A stretch of 64,000 nt of DNA. Origin: a virus. Lineage: Duplodnaviria; Caudoviricetes. The first letter of the stretch is position 1. Every line of letters begins with the position of its first letter. Location: IMG/VR virus record IMGVR_UViG_3300026549_000032, positions 1 through 64,000 of that record; one strand, given 5' to 3'. Shown here in pieces: positions 1 to 9,746 of this stretch. The position numbers and the translations under genes were made by a program. The notes under the pieces were generated by a model. It was given only the letters and a program-made list of their open reading frames with translations, was not told the DNA's origin and ran no database searches.

Positions 1-3000
1 GAGCGCTTGGATTTAAATGATTCCAGAGAGAATATTCTTGAAAATCAAGTAGAGAGACTCTTTGATCAAAGGGAATCTTCATTAGAGGATCATAGAGAAG
101 ATTTAGTTGATAATAGAGATACAAATCTTGATAAGACTAGACTAGACCTTACCGACCCCAGAGACCCCGTCCTCAGCGACCACGTCGAAACCCTCACCGA
201 CGACCGCCAGCCGGAGCTCCCCAAGCAGGTAGAGCAACTGAGCGACGAGAGAGAGAACGCCCTAGAGGACCAGGTAGAGGAAGTCCCCGGTACGATAGAG
301 GACAAGACTCTCTCTGATACGGTAGTTGATCTAGGTGGTACTCCAGAAGAACACAACCTGGTGGGTAAGGAATCTCTGATTAATCCTGGGGGTGATACCT
401 CTCTTGATGAGACTCTTCATACACCAGGGGATTCTCTTCAGGTTATTGGTGATTCTCTGGATGAAATTCTAGAAGACACTAGAATCGACATAGAAGATGG
501 TCGTGAAAATAAACTCTACACAGAACCAGAAACTCTTCAACCAATTGGAGATGATCCTAATGAAGTTTTAGAGGACACTCGACTTGATCTCATCGATAAT
601 AGAGAAAATAAATTACATACCGAAGCATCGTCTGTAGATGATCCCGAAAATAGACTGGGAGATACTTTAGACGAAACATTATATACTGATACGAATAGTC
701 GTGGGTTAGATGGAAATATGATTCCAGATACCCTTGACGAGACACTACACACTAAAGAAGACTCTAGGGAATTAGAGGGGAATATGATTCCTGATGACCC
801 TAGCGAAACTTTAGAGGACTATGTTGATGCAATGTTGGCCGATGAAGTTGGCCACGCTTCACAATCACTGGATACATATAATAATATGTCAAACGGTGAT
901 GAGTGGGGAGGTGATAAGCATGCTGCCTGGGAAGGTGACAGATTATACACTGGCCGCGCCAACTTATTAGACAATGATGAGGGACATCTAACCTCTAGTC
1001 ATGATCAGTACAACAACATAGCAGATACTTTCTCTGGCACTGATCACAAGTCATGGGATGGTGAGACACTCTATGACGATAACGCCAAAAGACTCAGCGA
1101 TGCAGGTGGTGGTGAATTTGGTGACGGTGACCAACTCTGTGACACTATTATTGATATGTTGGACGATGATAGAGGACACTCTTCACAGAGCCTTGACATC
1201 AATAACAACATGTCAGAGGGCGATGAGTATGGTGGAAATGAACATAAAGCTTGGGAAGGAGAAGGTCTATATAAAGGAAGATCAAAAGTACTTTCCAACG
1301 ATGAAGGCCACTCAACCTCTAGCCTCGATTCACATAACGATATCACTGACACCTTTAACGGTAATGATCATAAATCTTGGGACGGCAGTACTCTTCACAA
1401 GGACAATGCTAAGATGCTGACCGATGACACTAGTAAAGTTAGTGATAACGGAGGTGATGATAAGTATCTAGATACCGATGTCCTTGGCCAAGGGGCTCAT
1501 AAACAGTTTAGTGGTGATAAGCTAAATCAGGGAAAAGCTAAGATGCTTTCTAATGACGAGAGTCATGCTACATCTAGCTTGGATTCGGAGAATAATATTA
1601 CCGATACGTTCTCAGGATCAGGTCACAAGAGTTGGGATGGCTCTACTCTCCATAAAGATACAGCCAAGGTAATTGCTAATGATGAATCTCACCAAACTTC
1701 AAGCTTAGATAATAAAAACCAGATAGAAGATACTTTCTCTGGCAACGCTCATGCTAGCTGGGATGGTTCTACGTTATATAAAGGCAAGGCTAAGGTTATC
1801 TCTAATGATGAAAACCATCAGACTTCTTCTCTTGATGATAAGAATGATACTACCGACACTTTCTCGGGGACAGATCACAGATCGTGGGACGGTTCAACTC
1901 TGCATAAAGATAACGCAAAGTTATTGGCCAATGACGAGAGTCATAGCACTAATAGCTTAGATCAGAAAAATCAAATAGATGATACATTTTCTGACACTGA
2001 CCACAAAAGCTGGAATGGAAGCACACTCTACAAAGATAATGCTAAACTTCTAGCTGATGATGAAGGTCATAACTCCTCATCTCTCGATTCCCGGAATAAT
2101 ATGTCTACTGGGGATGAGTGGTCTGGTAGTCACGCTGAGTGGGAAGGTGAAAAGTTATATACAGGTAAGTCTAAACTTCTGACTAATGATGAGAACCACT
2201 TAACCTCTAGTTTTGATGATAAGAATCAAATAGAAGATACATTTAGTGGTACTGATCATAAATCGTGGAACGGTGAAACACTATATGGTGGTAAAGCCGG
2301 AATGTTGGCAAACGACGAAAGTCACTTAACATCAAGCTTAGATGGTAAAAATGATATTGTCGATACATTCTATGGAGATGATCATGCTAGTTGGGATGGT
2401 GAAACATTATATACTGACAACGCTAAGTTACTAGAGAACGACGAAAATCATCAGACAAGTAGCTTAGATGATAAAAATAATATCACTGATACCTTTGCCG
2501 GAAACGACCACAAGTCATGGGATGGAGCAACTTTATATGGTGATAATGCCAAGAGAATAGAAGATAAAGGTGGTGGTGAGTTTGGAGAAGATGATCAGCT
2601 CTATGATACTATTATTGGAATGTTGGAGGACGACGAAGGACATGCTTCTCAGAGTCTTGACATTAACAATAATATGTCTGAGGGAGACGAGTACGGCGGA
2701 CCAGAACATAAAGCTTGGGACGGTGAAAAGTTATATACAGGTAAGTCCAAAGTATTAGACAATGATGAATCCCACCTAACATCAAGTCTAGACTCACATA
2801 ACGACATTACTGATACTTTTGATGGAAACGACCACAAGTCATGGGATGGGTCTACTCTCCACAAAGATAACGCTAGAATGCTTGCTGATGATACTAGCAA
2901 GATTAGTGACAACGGTGGAGATGATAAATACTTAGATACAGACGTTCTAGGTCAAGGAGCCCACAAACAGTTCGATGGAGATAGTCTGAATCAAGGAAAG

Positions 3001-6000
3001 GCGCAGATGTTAGCGAATGACGAGAGTCATGCTACGTCGAGCTTGGATCAGCATAATGATATTGCTGACACCTTTGCTGGGGCAGATCACGCCAATTGGG
3101 ACGGAGAAACATTACATAAAGATACTGCTAAGTTACTTGCCAATGATGAGGACCATGCTACTTCTTCTCTTGATGAGAAAAATGGTATAACAGATACTTT
3201 TTCAGGAGAAGATCATAAATCTTGGGATGGTAATACTTTACATAAAGATACTGCTAAACTTCTTGATAATGACGAGAATCATCAAACATCAAGCTTAGAT
3301 GATAAGAATAATATCACTGATGATTTCTCTGGCACTGATCATAAAAGTTGGAATGGAATTCTTCATACTGATAAAGCCAAACTTCTTGATAACGACGAAT
3401 CTCACTTAACTTCTTCTCTAGATGATAAGAATGGTATAGAGGATACTTTCTCTGGCACTGATCATAAGAGTTGGGACGAAGCAACTTTATATAGTGGAAA
3501 AGCTACGCTCCTTGATAATGACGAAAGTCATGCTACGTCGAGCTTGGATAATAAAAATGGCATAGAAGATGCATTCTCTGGAAATACCCATGAAAATTGG
3601 GACGGAGAAACACTATATTCTGGTAGTGCTAAACTCCTATCAAACGACGAAGATCACGCCACTTCTTCTCTAGATGACAAAAATGGTATAGAGGATACTT
3701 TCTCTGGCACTGATCATAAGAGTTGGGATGGTACTTTATATTCTGGTACTGCTAAACGTATTGAGGACAAAGGTGGTGGTGAGTTTGGAGAAGACGATCA
3801 GCTCTATGATACTATTATTGGGATGCTTGAAGATAATGAAGGTCATTTATCTCAATCATTGGATATCAACAATAATTTATCTGGAGGTGACGAATATGAT
3901 GGTTCTGAACATAAAGCCTGGGAAGGTGAAAAGTTATATACTGGTAAATCCAAAGTACTAGATAATGATGAAAGCCATTTAACCTCTTCTCTAGATGATA
4001 AGAATGGTATAGATGATACATTCTCTGGCACTGATCATAAGAGTTGGGATGGTGCTACTCTCCACAAAGACAAAGCAGAAATGCTTGCTGATGATACTAG
4101 CAATACTAGTACAAATGGAGGTGATGATAAATATCTTGACTCAGATTCTATCGGACAAGGTAGTCATAAACAATTCGATGGAGATAAGCTAAACCAAGGT
4201 AAAGCAAAAGTCCTTGCTGATGATACCACAAAAGATGGTGCTAGACGAATATCTGACCTTGATTCAACCCTCAAAGCAATTATGGAAGCTCGTAAAAGTG
4301 GGGACCTAAACCTCTACTATACAAACGTCTTAAAATTTGCTCAAGGAAAAACCTTGAATAAAGGTTGGGGCGCTAAGGTCAGCGGTCTTATGTCTTCTTA
4401 TCTAGTAGGTGATGATATCAGTGAAGGTAAAGCAAAAGAGTTTGAAGAGGCGCTCGTGAAGAGTGTTATTCAAGATGATTATTCTAAAAATTCAGTAAAA
4501 CTTAAAAATAATAATCCTCGTGAGGGCTGGTCTAAGAAAGTAGAATCTTTATCCACTGACACAGTTGATGGAATAGATTACCATCTTCCTGGTTTTAACT
4601 TAATGGGTAACGGCTTGAATCCGAGTGCATACCTCAGATGGTTAGCTGAGAATACAGTTGGTAAAGTTCCAGTTAAAGGTAAGTGGAGACAGCTTATGAT
4701 TGACGAGGCCTTAGGTCTACTTGTATATGCTCGTGAATTAGCTGAGAAAGCAACAAAAACCAACAGAGACCGACTCCCTGGTGGTGAAGGACTCTTAGGT
4801 GAGTTAGCTGGTGGACTAATGAATGGTGGTGTAAGTGGATTAGCGAAGGCTGGTGCGAAGGCAGCGGCAAAAGCTATCTTTGGTGGTGGAAGCGTAGATT
4901 TAAGTATTCCACAGAATAGACCTACGAGTAAAGGACAACAGCCCGGTGGAGATGAAGGAGAAACAAAATATCTTGCTTTAAATGAGAAATCACAAGGCAA
5001 GGCTGAAGCTAAATTAGGCCAAGATTATAGCTTTGTAGAAAACTATATAAATGCAGATGGTAAATTTAAAGGATTTGTAACTACAGCAGATGAGTTAATA
5101 GGAAAAGGAAATGATAATATATGTACCGTTGAAGAGTTATATGCAAACCTTAGGGCATCTCCATATATGTCTAATGCGGGAAAATTTACTTCCTATGATT
5201 ATAACCCCCTTAAAGTACAAACTCTTGATACAAACGCCTATTGGGAAATAATATTTACTCCTTTTATTGGTGCGGAGAATGGTAATCGTTCTTACCTACC
5301 ACCAATTTCTGAAATTAATACCTGGAACAAGGTATATCACGGAGTAGAAACTGGATATGGAGCATGGGTGCCAATTAATGGATTTGAATTATCAAAAGCT
5401 AAACTTACTACAAAAACACTGGCCCTCTTTGATGGTGAGATCAACTATCCGGTTTCAATGGAATTTACCAATGAGCTGCGCCTAACTTTCGTAGATGACC
5501 AATACAAATCTTGGAGAACGTACTTCGAGAGATGTATGGACTGCTCTATCTATAACAGTCAAATTCATACTGGAGCCGATTATGGACAAGATGCAGCATT
5601 CTTGGATTGGGACCTAAGTGAGTATGAAAGAAACCCATATGAAGAAATGGGCGGTGTTATTGGTATGGCTGCAGCCGCTGTAAATCAAATGAATAAAGTA
5701 AACAAGATGTTTGCAGCTAATATGGCTACCGTAAATGGAACCGGTGGAGGACTTACTGCAATTGATAAAAAATATCAATGCGTAGCTCCTTACAAAAATA
5801 TTACTTTCCGCTGTACAATCTATTCATTGACTCCGCAACTCAGTACTGTTAGTAAATATGATCTTCTTGTTGTTATAAAGGATTTTGTAGAGGAACGTTC
5901 TGGTGAAATTGACGGAGATCCTGGAGACCTAACTGTAGCATTTTCTATAGTAGGTGAAAATCCAAGTTCAGATCGTAAAAAACCAAAGCAGGATGAAGTA

Positions 6001-6090
6001 ACATACAAGAAGAAAAATAAAGATAAATCCCGTAGTAATACGGCCTCTATTATCTCTTCTGCAGCTAATAAAGTAATAGGACTTTTATAA
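1..6090 (+). CDS. Giant Asp/Glu/His-rich repeat protein with a C-terminal tail-tube-fold (gp19/gp54-like) domain; probably 5'-truncated by the window
   Basis: The frame is open from base 1 (the TTG at 7 is only the first start-like codon). It has ~25 copies of a ~42-aa repeat. The C-terminal 'YWEIIFTP...YPVSMEFTNELRLTFVDDQYKSWRTYFERC' resembles tube/tube-initiator proteins, and the gene lies directly before the sheath and tube genes. Confidence 0.6.
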   Translation, partial: ERLDLNDSRENILENQVERLFDQRESSLEDHREDLVDNRDTNLDKTRLDLTDPRDPVLSDHVETLTDDRQPELPKQVEQLSDERENALEDQVEEVPGTIEDKTLSDTVVDLGGTPEEHNLVGKESLINPGGDTSLDETLHTPGDSLQVIGDSLDEILEDTRIDIEDGRENKLYTEPETLQPIGDDPNEVLEDTRLDLIDNRENKLHTEASSVDDPENRLGDTLDETLYTDTNSRGLDGNMIPDTLDETLHTKEDSRELEGNMIPDDPSETLEDYVDAMLADEVGHASQSLDTYNNMSNGDEWGGDKHAAWEGDRLYTGRANLLDNDEGHLTSSHDQYNNIADTFSGTDHKSWDGETLYDDNAKRLSDAGGGEFGDGDQLCDTIIDMLDDDRGHSSQSLDINNNMSEGDEYGGNEHKAWEGEGLYKGRSKVLSNDEGHSTSSLDSHNDITDTFNGNDHKSWDGSTLHKDNAKMLTDDTSKVSDNGGDDKYLDTDVLGQGAHKQFSGDKLNQGKAKMLSNDESHATSSLDSENNITDTFSGSGHKSWDGSTLHKDTAKVIANDESHQTSSLDNKNQIEDTFSGNAHASWDGSTLYKGKAKVISNDENHQTSSLDDKNDTTDTFSGTDHRSWDGSTLHKDNAKLLANDESHSTNSLDQKNQIDDTFSDTDHKSWNGSTLYKDNAKLLADDEGHNSSSLDSRNNMSTGDEWSGSHAEWEGEKLYTGKSKLLTNDENHLTSSFDDKNQIEDTFSGTDHKSWNGETLYGGKAGMLANDESHLTSSLDGKNDIVDTFYGDDHASWDGETLYTDNAKLLENDENHQTSSLDDKNNITDTFAGNDHKSWDGATLYGDNAKRIEDKGGGEFGEDDQLYDTIIGMLEDDEGHASQSLDINNNMSEGDEYGGPEHKAWDGEKLYTGKSKVLDNDESHLTSSLDSHNDITDTFDGNDHKSWDGSTLHKDNARMLADDTSKISDNGGDDKYLDTDVLGQGAHKQFDGDSLNQGKAQMLANDESHATSSLDQHNDIADTFAGADHANWDGETLHKDTAKLLANDEDHATSSLDEKNGITDTFSGEDHKSWDGNTLHKDTAKLLDNDENHQTSSLDDKNNITDDFSGTDHKSWNGILHTDKAKLLDNDESHLTSSLDDKNGIEDTFSGTDHKSWDEATLYSGKATLLDNDESHATSSLDNKNGIEDAFSGNTHENWDGETLYSGSAKLLSNDEDHATSSLDDKNGIEDTFSGTDHKSWDGTLYSGTAKRIEDKGGGEFGEDDQLYDTIIGMLEDNEGHLSQSLDINNNLSGGDEYDGSEHKAWEGEKLYTGKSKVLDNDESHLTSSLDDKNGIDDTFSGTDHKSWDGATLHKDKAEMLADDTSNTSTNGGDDKYLDSDSIGQGSHKQFDGDKLNQGKAKVLADDTTKDGARRISDLDSTLKAIMEARKSGDLNLYYTNVLKFAQGKTLNKGWGAKVSGLMSSYLVGDDISEGKAKEFEEALVKSVIQDDYSKNSVKLKNNNPREGWSKKVESLSTDTVDGIDYHLPGFNLMGNGLNPSAYLRWLAENTVGKVPVKGKWRQLMIDEALGLLVYARELAEKATKTNRDRLPGGEGLLGELAGGLMNGGVSGLAKAGAKAAAKAIFGGGSVDLSIPQNRPTSKGQQPGGDEGETKYLALNEKSQGKAEAKLGQDYSFVENYINADGKFKGFVTTADELIGKGNDNICTVEELYANLRASPYMSNAGKFTSYDYNPLKVQTLDTNAYWEIIFTPFIGAENGNRSYLPPISEINTWNKVYHGVETGYGAWVPINGFELSKAKLTTKTLALFDGEINYPVSMEFTNELRLTFVDDQYKSWRTYFERCMDCSIYNSQIHTGADYGQDAAFLDWDLSEYERNPYEEMGGVIGMAAAAVNQMNKVNKMFAANMATVNGTGGGLTAIDKKYQCVAPYKNITFRCTIYSLTPQLSTVSKYDLLVVIKDFVEERSGEIDGDPGDLTVAFSIVGENPSSDRKKPKQDEVTYKKKNKDKSRSNTASIISSAANKVIGLL
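830..4220 (+). repeat. Intragenic tandem repeat array (~126 nt / ~42 aa unit) with a higher-order triplication
   Basis: Consensus L.NDESH.TSSLD.KN.I.DTFSG.DHKSWDG.TL....AK, counted as 22 W-type and 3 F-type (HKQF.GD) units. The block starting 'KR..D.GGGEFG..DQL.DTII' recurs at ~1087, ~2551 and ~3754. Confidence 0.95.
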
Positions 6091-6093
6091 ATT

Positions 6094-8178
6094 ATGTACA
6101 TCCGATTAGGTAAATCACAAATCTCTTACGAGCCATCTAACGTAGACGACTTTATGACTATTGCTCAAGTCGTCTCTGCTCCAATGTCTTTTGAGAGACC
6201 TGCCCTAGTGAGTATGAAAACTCAACTAACGGCACTCTTCGGAGAGTCTTTTCCTGAAAAAGCTTTCCTAGAAGAATTGATAGATTGGGGTGCAGTCCTA
6301 TATCTTTATAGACCTATCAGTACGAAAGACGATCATAACCAGGAAGGCTATATAGACTTAGAAAAATGTAATACCCCATCATACTACTTAGAAGAACCTC
6401 CTACCGTTCCACAAGAGATGACCATCTATAAAATAAAAGACTTAGAGGGATCACTCTTAACAGACGAAGGAGAGCCATATGACAATTATATTTATTATGA
6501 CGGAGAGCTTGTCCTAGTCAACCAACTCCCTCAGATTGTAGGTGGATTTAGGACAGACTCCCTAAATAATCGAGACACACTAGTTCTTTATAAAAATCAG
6601 AGCAAGATTCCTTACTTAAACCCAATGTTTAAGAAGGATTATACTATCTTGCTCAACCAAGTAAATCGTACAAATTTATTAGATAGCCTATCCACTATCA
6701 GTCAAGAAGATATGGTGGATCTCATGGCAAAAATCAAGAAGGGATACAAAACTCTGGCCTTCAAGATAGAGTCAGAGCCAATAGGATCCCTACCAGACAA
6801 TTCCTACATAGTAATTCAGACAAACACAAAAGATCGAGTCTTAATGTATGCTGGCGAGGAAGTACCAAACATACCAACTCGCTACTACACTAAGACAGAA
6901 TCTGTTACGTCATGGGACGACATCCTTAACAAACTCAGACGTTATGGATACTTTACCGTTCCAGACAAGCCTGACATGCTATATGCGAGTTTCCCCGTAC
7001 ATACTGATTATTTCTACACTATCTCTAACCTATCCTTAGTTCCATCATATCAAGGAACACATGACCTACTCTCTGAAGCAATGGAAGAAGATGACGTATG
7101 TATGAATTTGTGGTCCAAAACAATAGGAACGGGAGGAACAGATGGAGACATATCAGTAACTATAGAGCAATTAGAGGACGATCTCCTCTATCGCATAACA
7201 GTCTCTAGGTTCGATTATTCAGAGGTATTCGAAGGCTATATCGACGAAAGAGAAGGCTATGAAAGATTAGATCGACAGATAGAATATGGTTCTATTCTCC
7301 TCCATGCTGACTTTATACAAGGGGATACACTTCCAGTAGGAACCTGGACACTGTGTGGAGCCATAAAAGAAGACTACACACAAAGTATGTACTTAAAATC
7401 TCTTGACGTCTTTAGAGACGAAATGGAGACAATATTTCCTGATTTCTTGTTAATCCCAGACATACATGTCTACGGAGATGCAACGAAAACAGATACGGAT
7501 TACTATAGTGTTTATCTCGACCTCCTTGACTTCGCTAAAGAAACTAATATTCAAGTACTCATTCAGAATAATCAATTCAGTGATGATAAAATAGAAGACT
7601 ACCTGTACAATTATACAGGGGATAAAGAAAATAGATTAATATATTTCTATCACGGAATGACTATTAATGGGTGGGAGGAACCTGGATATTACGTATTCCT
7701 GCGAGGACTATTTGGGGACTCATATTCACTATCAACAAACTTAGTGTTTTATGATAGTCCTATGGGTGATAAAAATCCCTACACAGAAACGTTGGACAAA
7801 CTGGATAACAAAAAGAGCAATTACCTAGTGGATAATAATCAAGTATATTATTATAGCCGACTCTTGAATGGTAAGAAACCAGAAACAACAATCTGGATGA
7901 GATTCGTCCTAGGGAAAATTAGTAGAGAACTCGAGAAAAACAGATGGTCCTACTTATCGGAACGTATGATCGGTACAGTTAAGAATAGGATCGATGGTAT
8001 CCTTAGTAGAGTCCAGACAAGTTTCTCGATTATTAGGAGAATCCAAGTTAGTGACTTTGAGATTGACTACAGTAACTATAAAATCAATCTCTCTATAGAA
8101 ACTTGGATTAGTGATCTCATTGATAATCACATGAAACTGGACATAACGATTAACTACAAAAATTATAATAATTCTTAA
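6094..8178 (+). CDS. Tail sheath-like protein (divergent)
   Basis: 694 aa, immediately upstream of the tube gene. The N-terminal 'FERPALV....QLTALFG' and C-terminal 'WMRFVLGKISRELEKNRWSYLSE...VKNRIDGIL...INLSIETWISDLI...MKLDITINY' resemble the sheath C-terminal domain. Confidence 0.6.
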   Translation: MYIRLGKSQISYEPSNVDDFMTIAQVVSAPMSFERPALVSMKTQLTALFGESFPEKAFLEELIDWGAVLYLYRPISTKDDHNQEGYIDLEKCNTPSYYLEEPPTVPQEMTIYKIKDLEGSLLTDEGEPYDNYIYYDGELVLVNQLPQIVGGFRTDSLNNRDTLVLYKNQSKIPYLNPMFKKDYTILLNQVNRTNLLDSLSTISQEDMVDLMAKIKKGYKTLAFKIESEPIGSLPDNSYIVIQTNTKDRVLMYAGEEVPNIPTRYYTKTESVTSWDDILNKLRRYGYFTVPDKPDMLYASFPVHTDYFYTISNLSLVPSYQGTHDLLSEAMEEDDVCMNLWSKTIGTGGTDGDISVTIEQLEDDLLYRITVSRFDYSEVFEGYIDEREGYERLDRQIEYGSILLHADFIQGDTLPVGTWTLCGAIKEDYTQSMYLKSLDVFRDEMETIFPDFLLIPDIHVYGDATKTDTDYYSVYLDLLDFAKETNIQVLIQNNQFSDDKIEDYLYNYTGDKENRLIYFYHGMTINGWEEPGYYVFLRGLFGDSYSLSTNLVFYDSPMGDKNPYTETLDKLDNKKSNYLVDNNQVYYYSRLLNGKKPETTIWMRFVLGKISRELEKNRWSYLSERMIGTVKNRIDGILSRVQTSFSIIRRIQVSDFEIDYSNYKINLSIETWISDLIDNHMKLDITINYKNYNNS

Positions 8179-8180
8179 AT

Positions 8181-8771
8181 ATGGCAACAGTTGCTGAATT
8201 GGTACGCGGTGGAAATGACCTTCGTGCTAAATTTATTGATTGGACAAGTACCTACCACGATAATAACAAGGAGTTTCTTCGTGGTGATATGTGGGAGTTC
8301 AAATTCCTGAACGTTCCCAAGATTGTTTACTACCCTGGTGACGATATTATCAACGCTCGTCTGAACAGCGTAAACGTTGGTATTGACTACTCAGTGGGTG
8401 GTATTGAGAAGCGTATGCGTGGTGGCTGGAATATCTATCAGCGTACTTCTCAGAATACGAATGGTACCCTGACCTTGTCACTGGTTGATAAGGAAGATCA
8501 GGCTCTTACCTACTTCATTGATGACTGGCGTCAGAAGATCGCTGACCGTGAGACCCGCTACAGCTTCCGTAAGGATGACCTGGTGGGCGACTGCCAGCTG
8601 TTCATCACAAACTCGTCTCGTATTGACGTTAGAATTTTAACATTCTACAACGTAATAATTCAGGACGGTCAAATCGATGAGAACGGAGCTCTAGAGAGCG
8701 AGTCTGACCGTGCAGATATTACACTCACAATGCAGTTTGAACATTATAGTCGTGAGTTTAAGAACCTGTAA
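8181..8771 (+). CDS. Tail tube protein (T4 gp19-like)
   Basis: 196 aa with 'MWEFKF', 'GTLTLSLVDKEDQALTYFIDDWRQKIAD' and 'ITLTMQFEHY'. Strong bias to CGT/CTG/GGT/AAC codons fits a highly expressed gene, and a terminator follows. Confidence 0.8.
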   Translation: MATVAELVRGGNDLRAKFIDWTSTYHDNNKEFLRGDMWEFKFLNVPKIVYYPGDDIINARLNSVNVGIDYSVGGIEKRMRGGWNIYQRTSQNTNGTLTLSLVDKEDQALTYFIDDWRQKIADRETRYSFRKDDLVGDCQLFITNSSRIDVRILTFYNVIIQDGQIDENGALESESDRADITLTMQFEHYSREFKNL

Positions 8772-8807
8772 TTGTAAGTGTAGAAAATAAATTCTACGTT
8801 TTCTCCT

Positions 8808-8850
8808 GGGATGGTGGGAAGAGAACCCAAAACTTCTCACCTTCCCTTTT
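8808..8850 (+). terminator. Rho-independent terminator after the tube gene
   Basis: Stem GGGATGGTGGGAAG (8808-8821) / CTTCTCACCTTCCC (8833-8846), followed by TTTT. Confidence 0.75.
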
Positions 8851-8867
8851 ATAAAACCCAGAAAATT

Positions 8868-9284
8868 ATGACACAGTTTAAACAAAAAACATATTCTGAG
8901 AGTGACAAATCTGTCTTCCTCAACTTTATTGGAGCACTAGCGGGTTTCATTCTGAAAGCCAAAAACCTTCACTGGGCTGCTCCAAAGAAAAACATTCACG
9001 TCTACTTAGACGAATTCCATGCCATCCTTGGCGATTATCAAGATGCTTTAGCAGAAGGTTATATGGGTATTCTCGGTCAGATGGGTCCTAACGATGTCCC
9101 CTACAAAGAGTGTAGAGATGATAATGCTAACTCTTTTATTGAAAGCGTGCTCACTGCTACGAAGGAATTTTATGGACAAATTCCCGAAGGGAGTGAATTC
9201 AAGGGCATTACTGGAGAAACCGAGAGTTTCATACAGAACGTTAACAAGTATAATTACTTGTTCCATTTGTGCGATGCCGTATGA
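8868..9284 (+). CDS. Ferritin/Dps-like four-helix protein (DUF5856-like)
   Basis: 'KNLHWAA....HVYLDEFH..L.DYQDALAEGYMG'. The start is moved to ATG 8868 because the ORF-track start (8811) lies inside the terminator hairpin. Confidence 0.75.
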   Translation: MTQFKQKTYSESDKSVFLNFIGALAGFILKAKNLHWAAPKKNIHVYLDEFHAILGDYQDALAEGYMGILGQMGPNDVPYKECRDDNANSFIESVLTATKEFYGQIPEGSEFKGITGETESFIQNVNKYNYLFHLCDAV

Positions 9285-9745
9285 TTTGCTTGAGAGATAA
9301 ATCTTTCTGCATCATAGAATCAAAAGAACAGGTAGCAAAATTCCTTGGCCAAGATTGGGAACACGAAAAGCTCATTCCATCTATTATCTGGTTAAGAAGT
9401 AATGCTAAACCAGACCTAGTCTTGGGAAGAAAAGAGATATATAACCTAACCGGCGGTCGTCTTAGTTACGATAACTTAAAAAATTTCAAGACCTATACAC
9501 AAGGAGTGGAAGGTTTCTGGAATGATTTTATAATAGTTAAAGATTCTGAAGGCTCCATAAGAGTTTACTGCGTTCTTCACTTCGGAGCTAATGGTCCAGG
9601 GAACTGGACAAAGAAAGACTTGAAGGATGCCAAGAAAGAATACGAAAAGATGATCGCTAATGGTGCAGAGGACGTTAGTTTTACTATGGCCCAACGTGAC
9701 CTAGCTGATGACGTAACTGACTGGGGCACCACTTTTACAATATAA
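9281..9745 (+). CDS. Hypothetical protein
   Basis: ATG 9281 forms an ATGA overlap with the previous stop codon. No family recognised. Confidence 0.7.
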   Translation: MICLRDKSFCIIESKEQVAKFLGQDWEHEKLIPSIIWLRSNAKPDLVLGRKEIYNLTGGRLSYDNLKNFKTYTQGVEGFWNDFIIVKDSEGSIRVYCVLHFGANGPGNWTKKDLKDAKKEYEKMIANGAEDVSFTMAQRDLADDVTDWGTTFTI

Positions 9746-9746
9746 G

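Noticed and set aside
830-4220. Repeat array as CRISPR or DGR template/variable repeats
   Set aside because: The repeats are in-frame coding units with synonymous divergence. There are no identical repeats with unique spacers, no adenine-specific differences, and no cas or reverse transcriptase gene in the window.
8811-8867. N-terminal extension of the ferritin-like ORF
   Set aside because: It overlaps the tube terminator hairpin; ATG 8868 has the typical AT-rich context.
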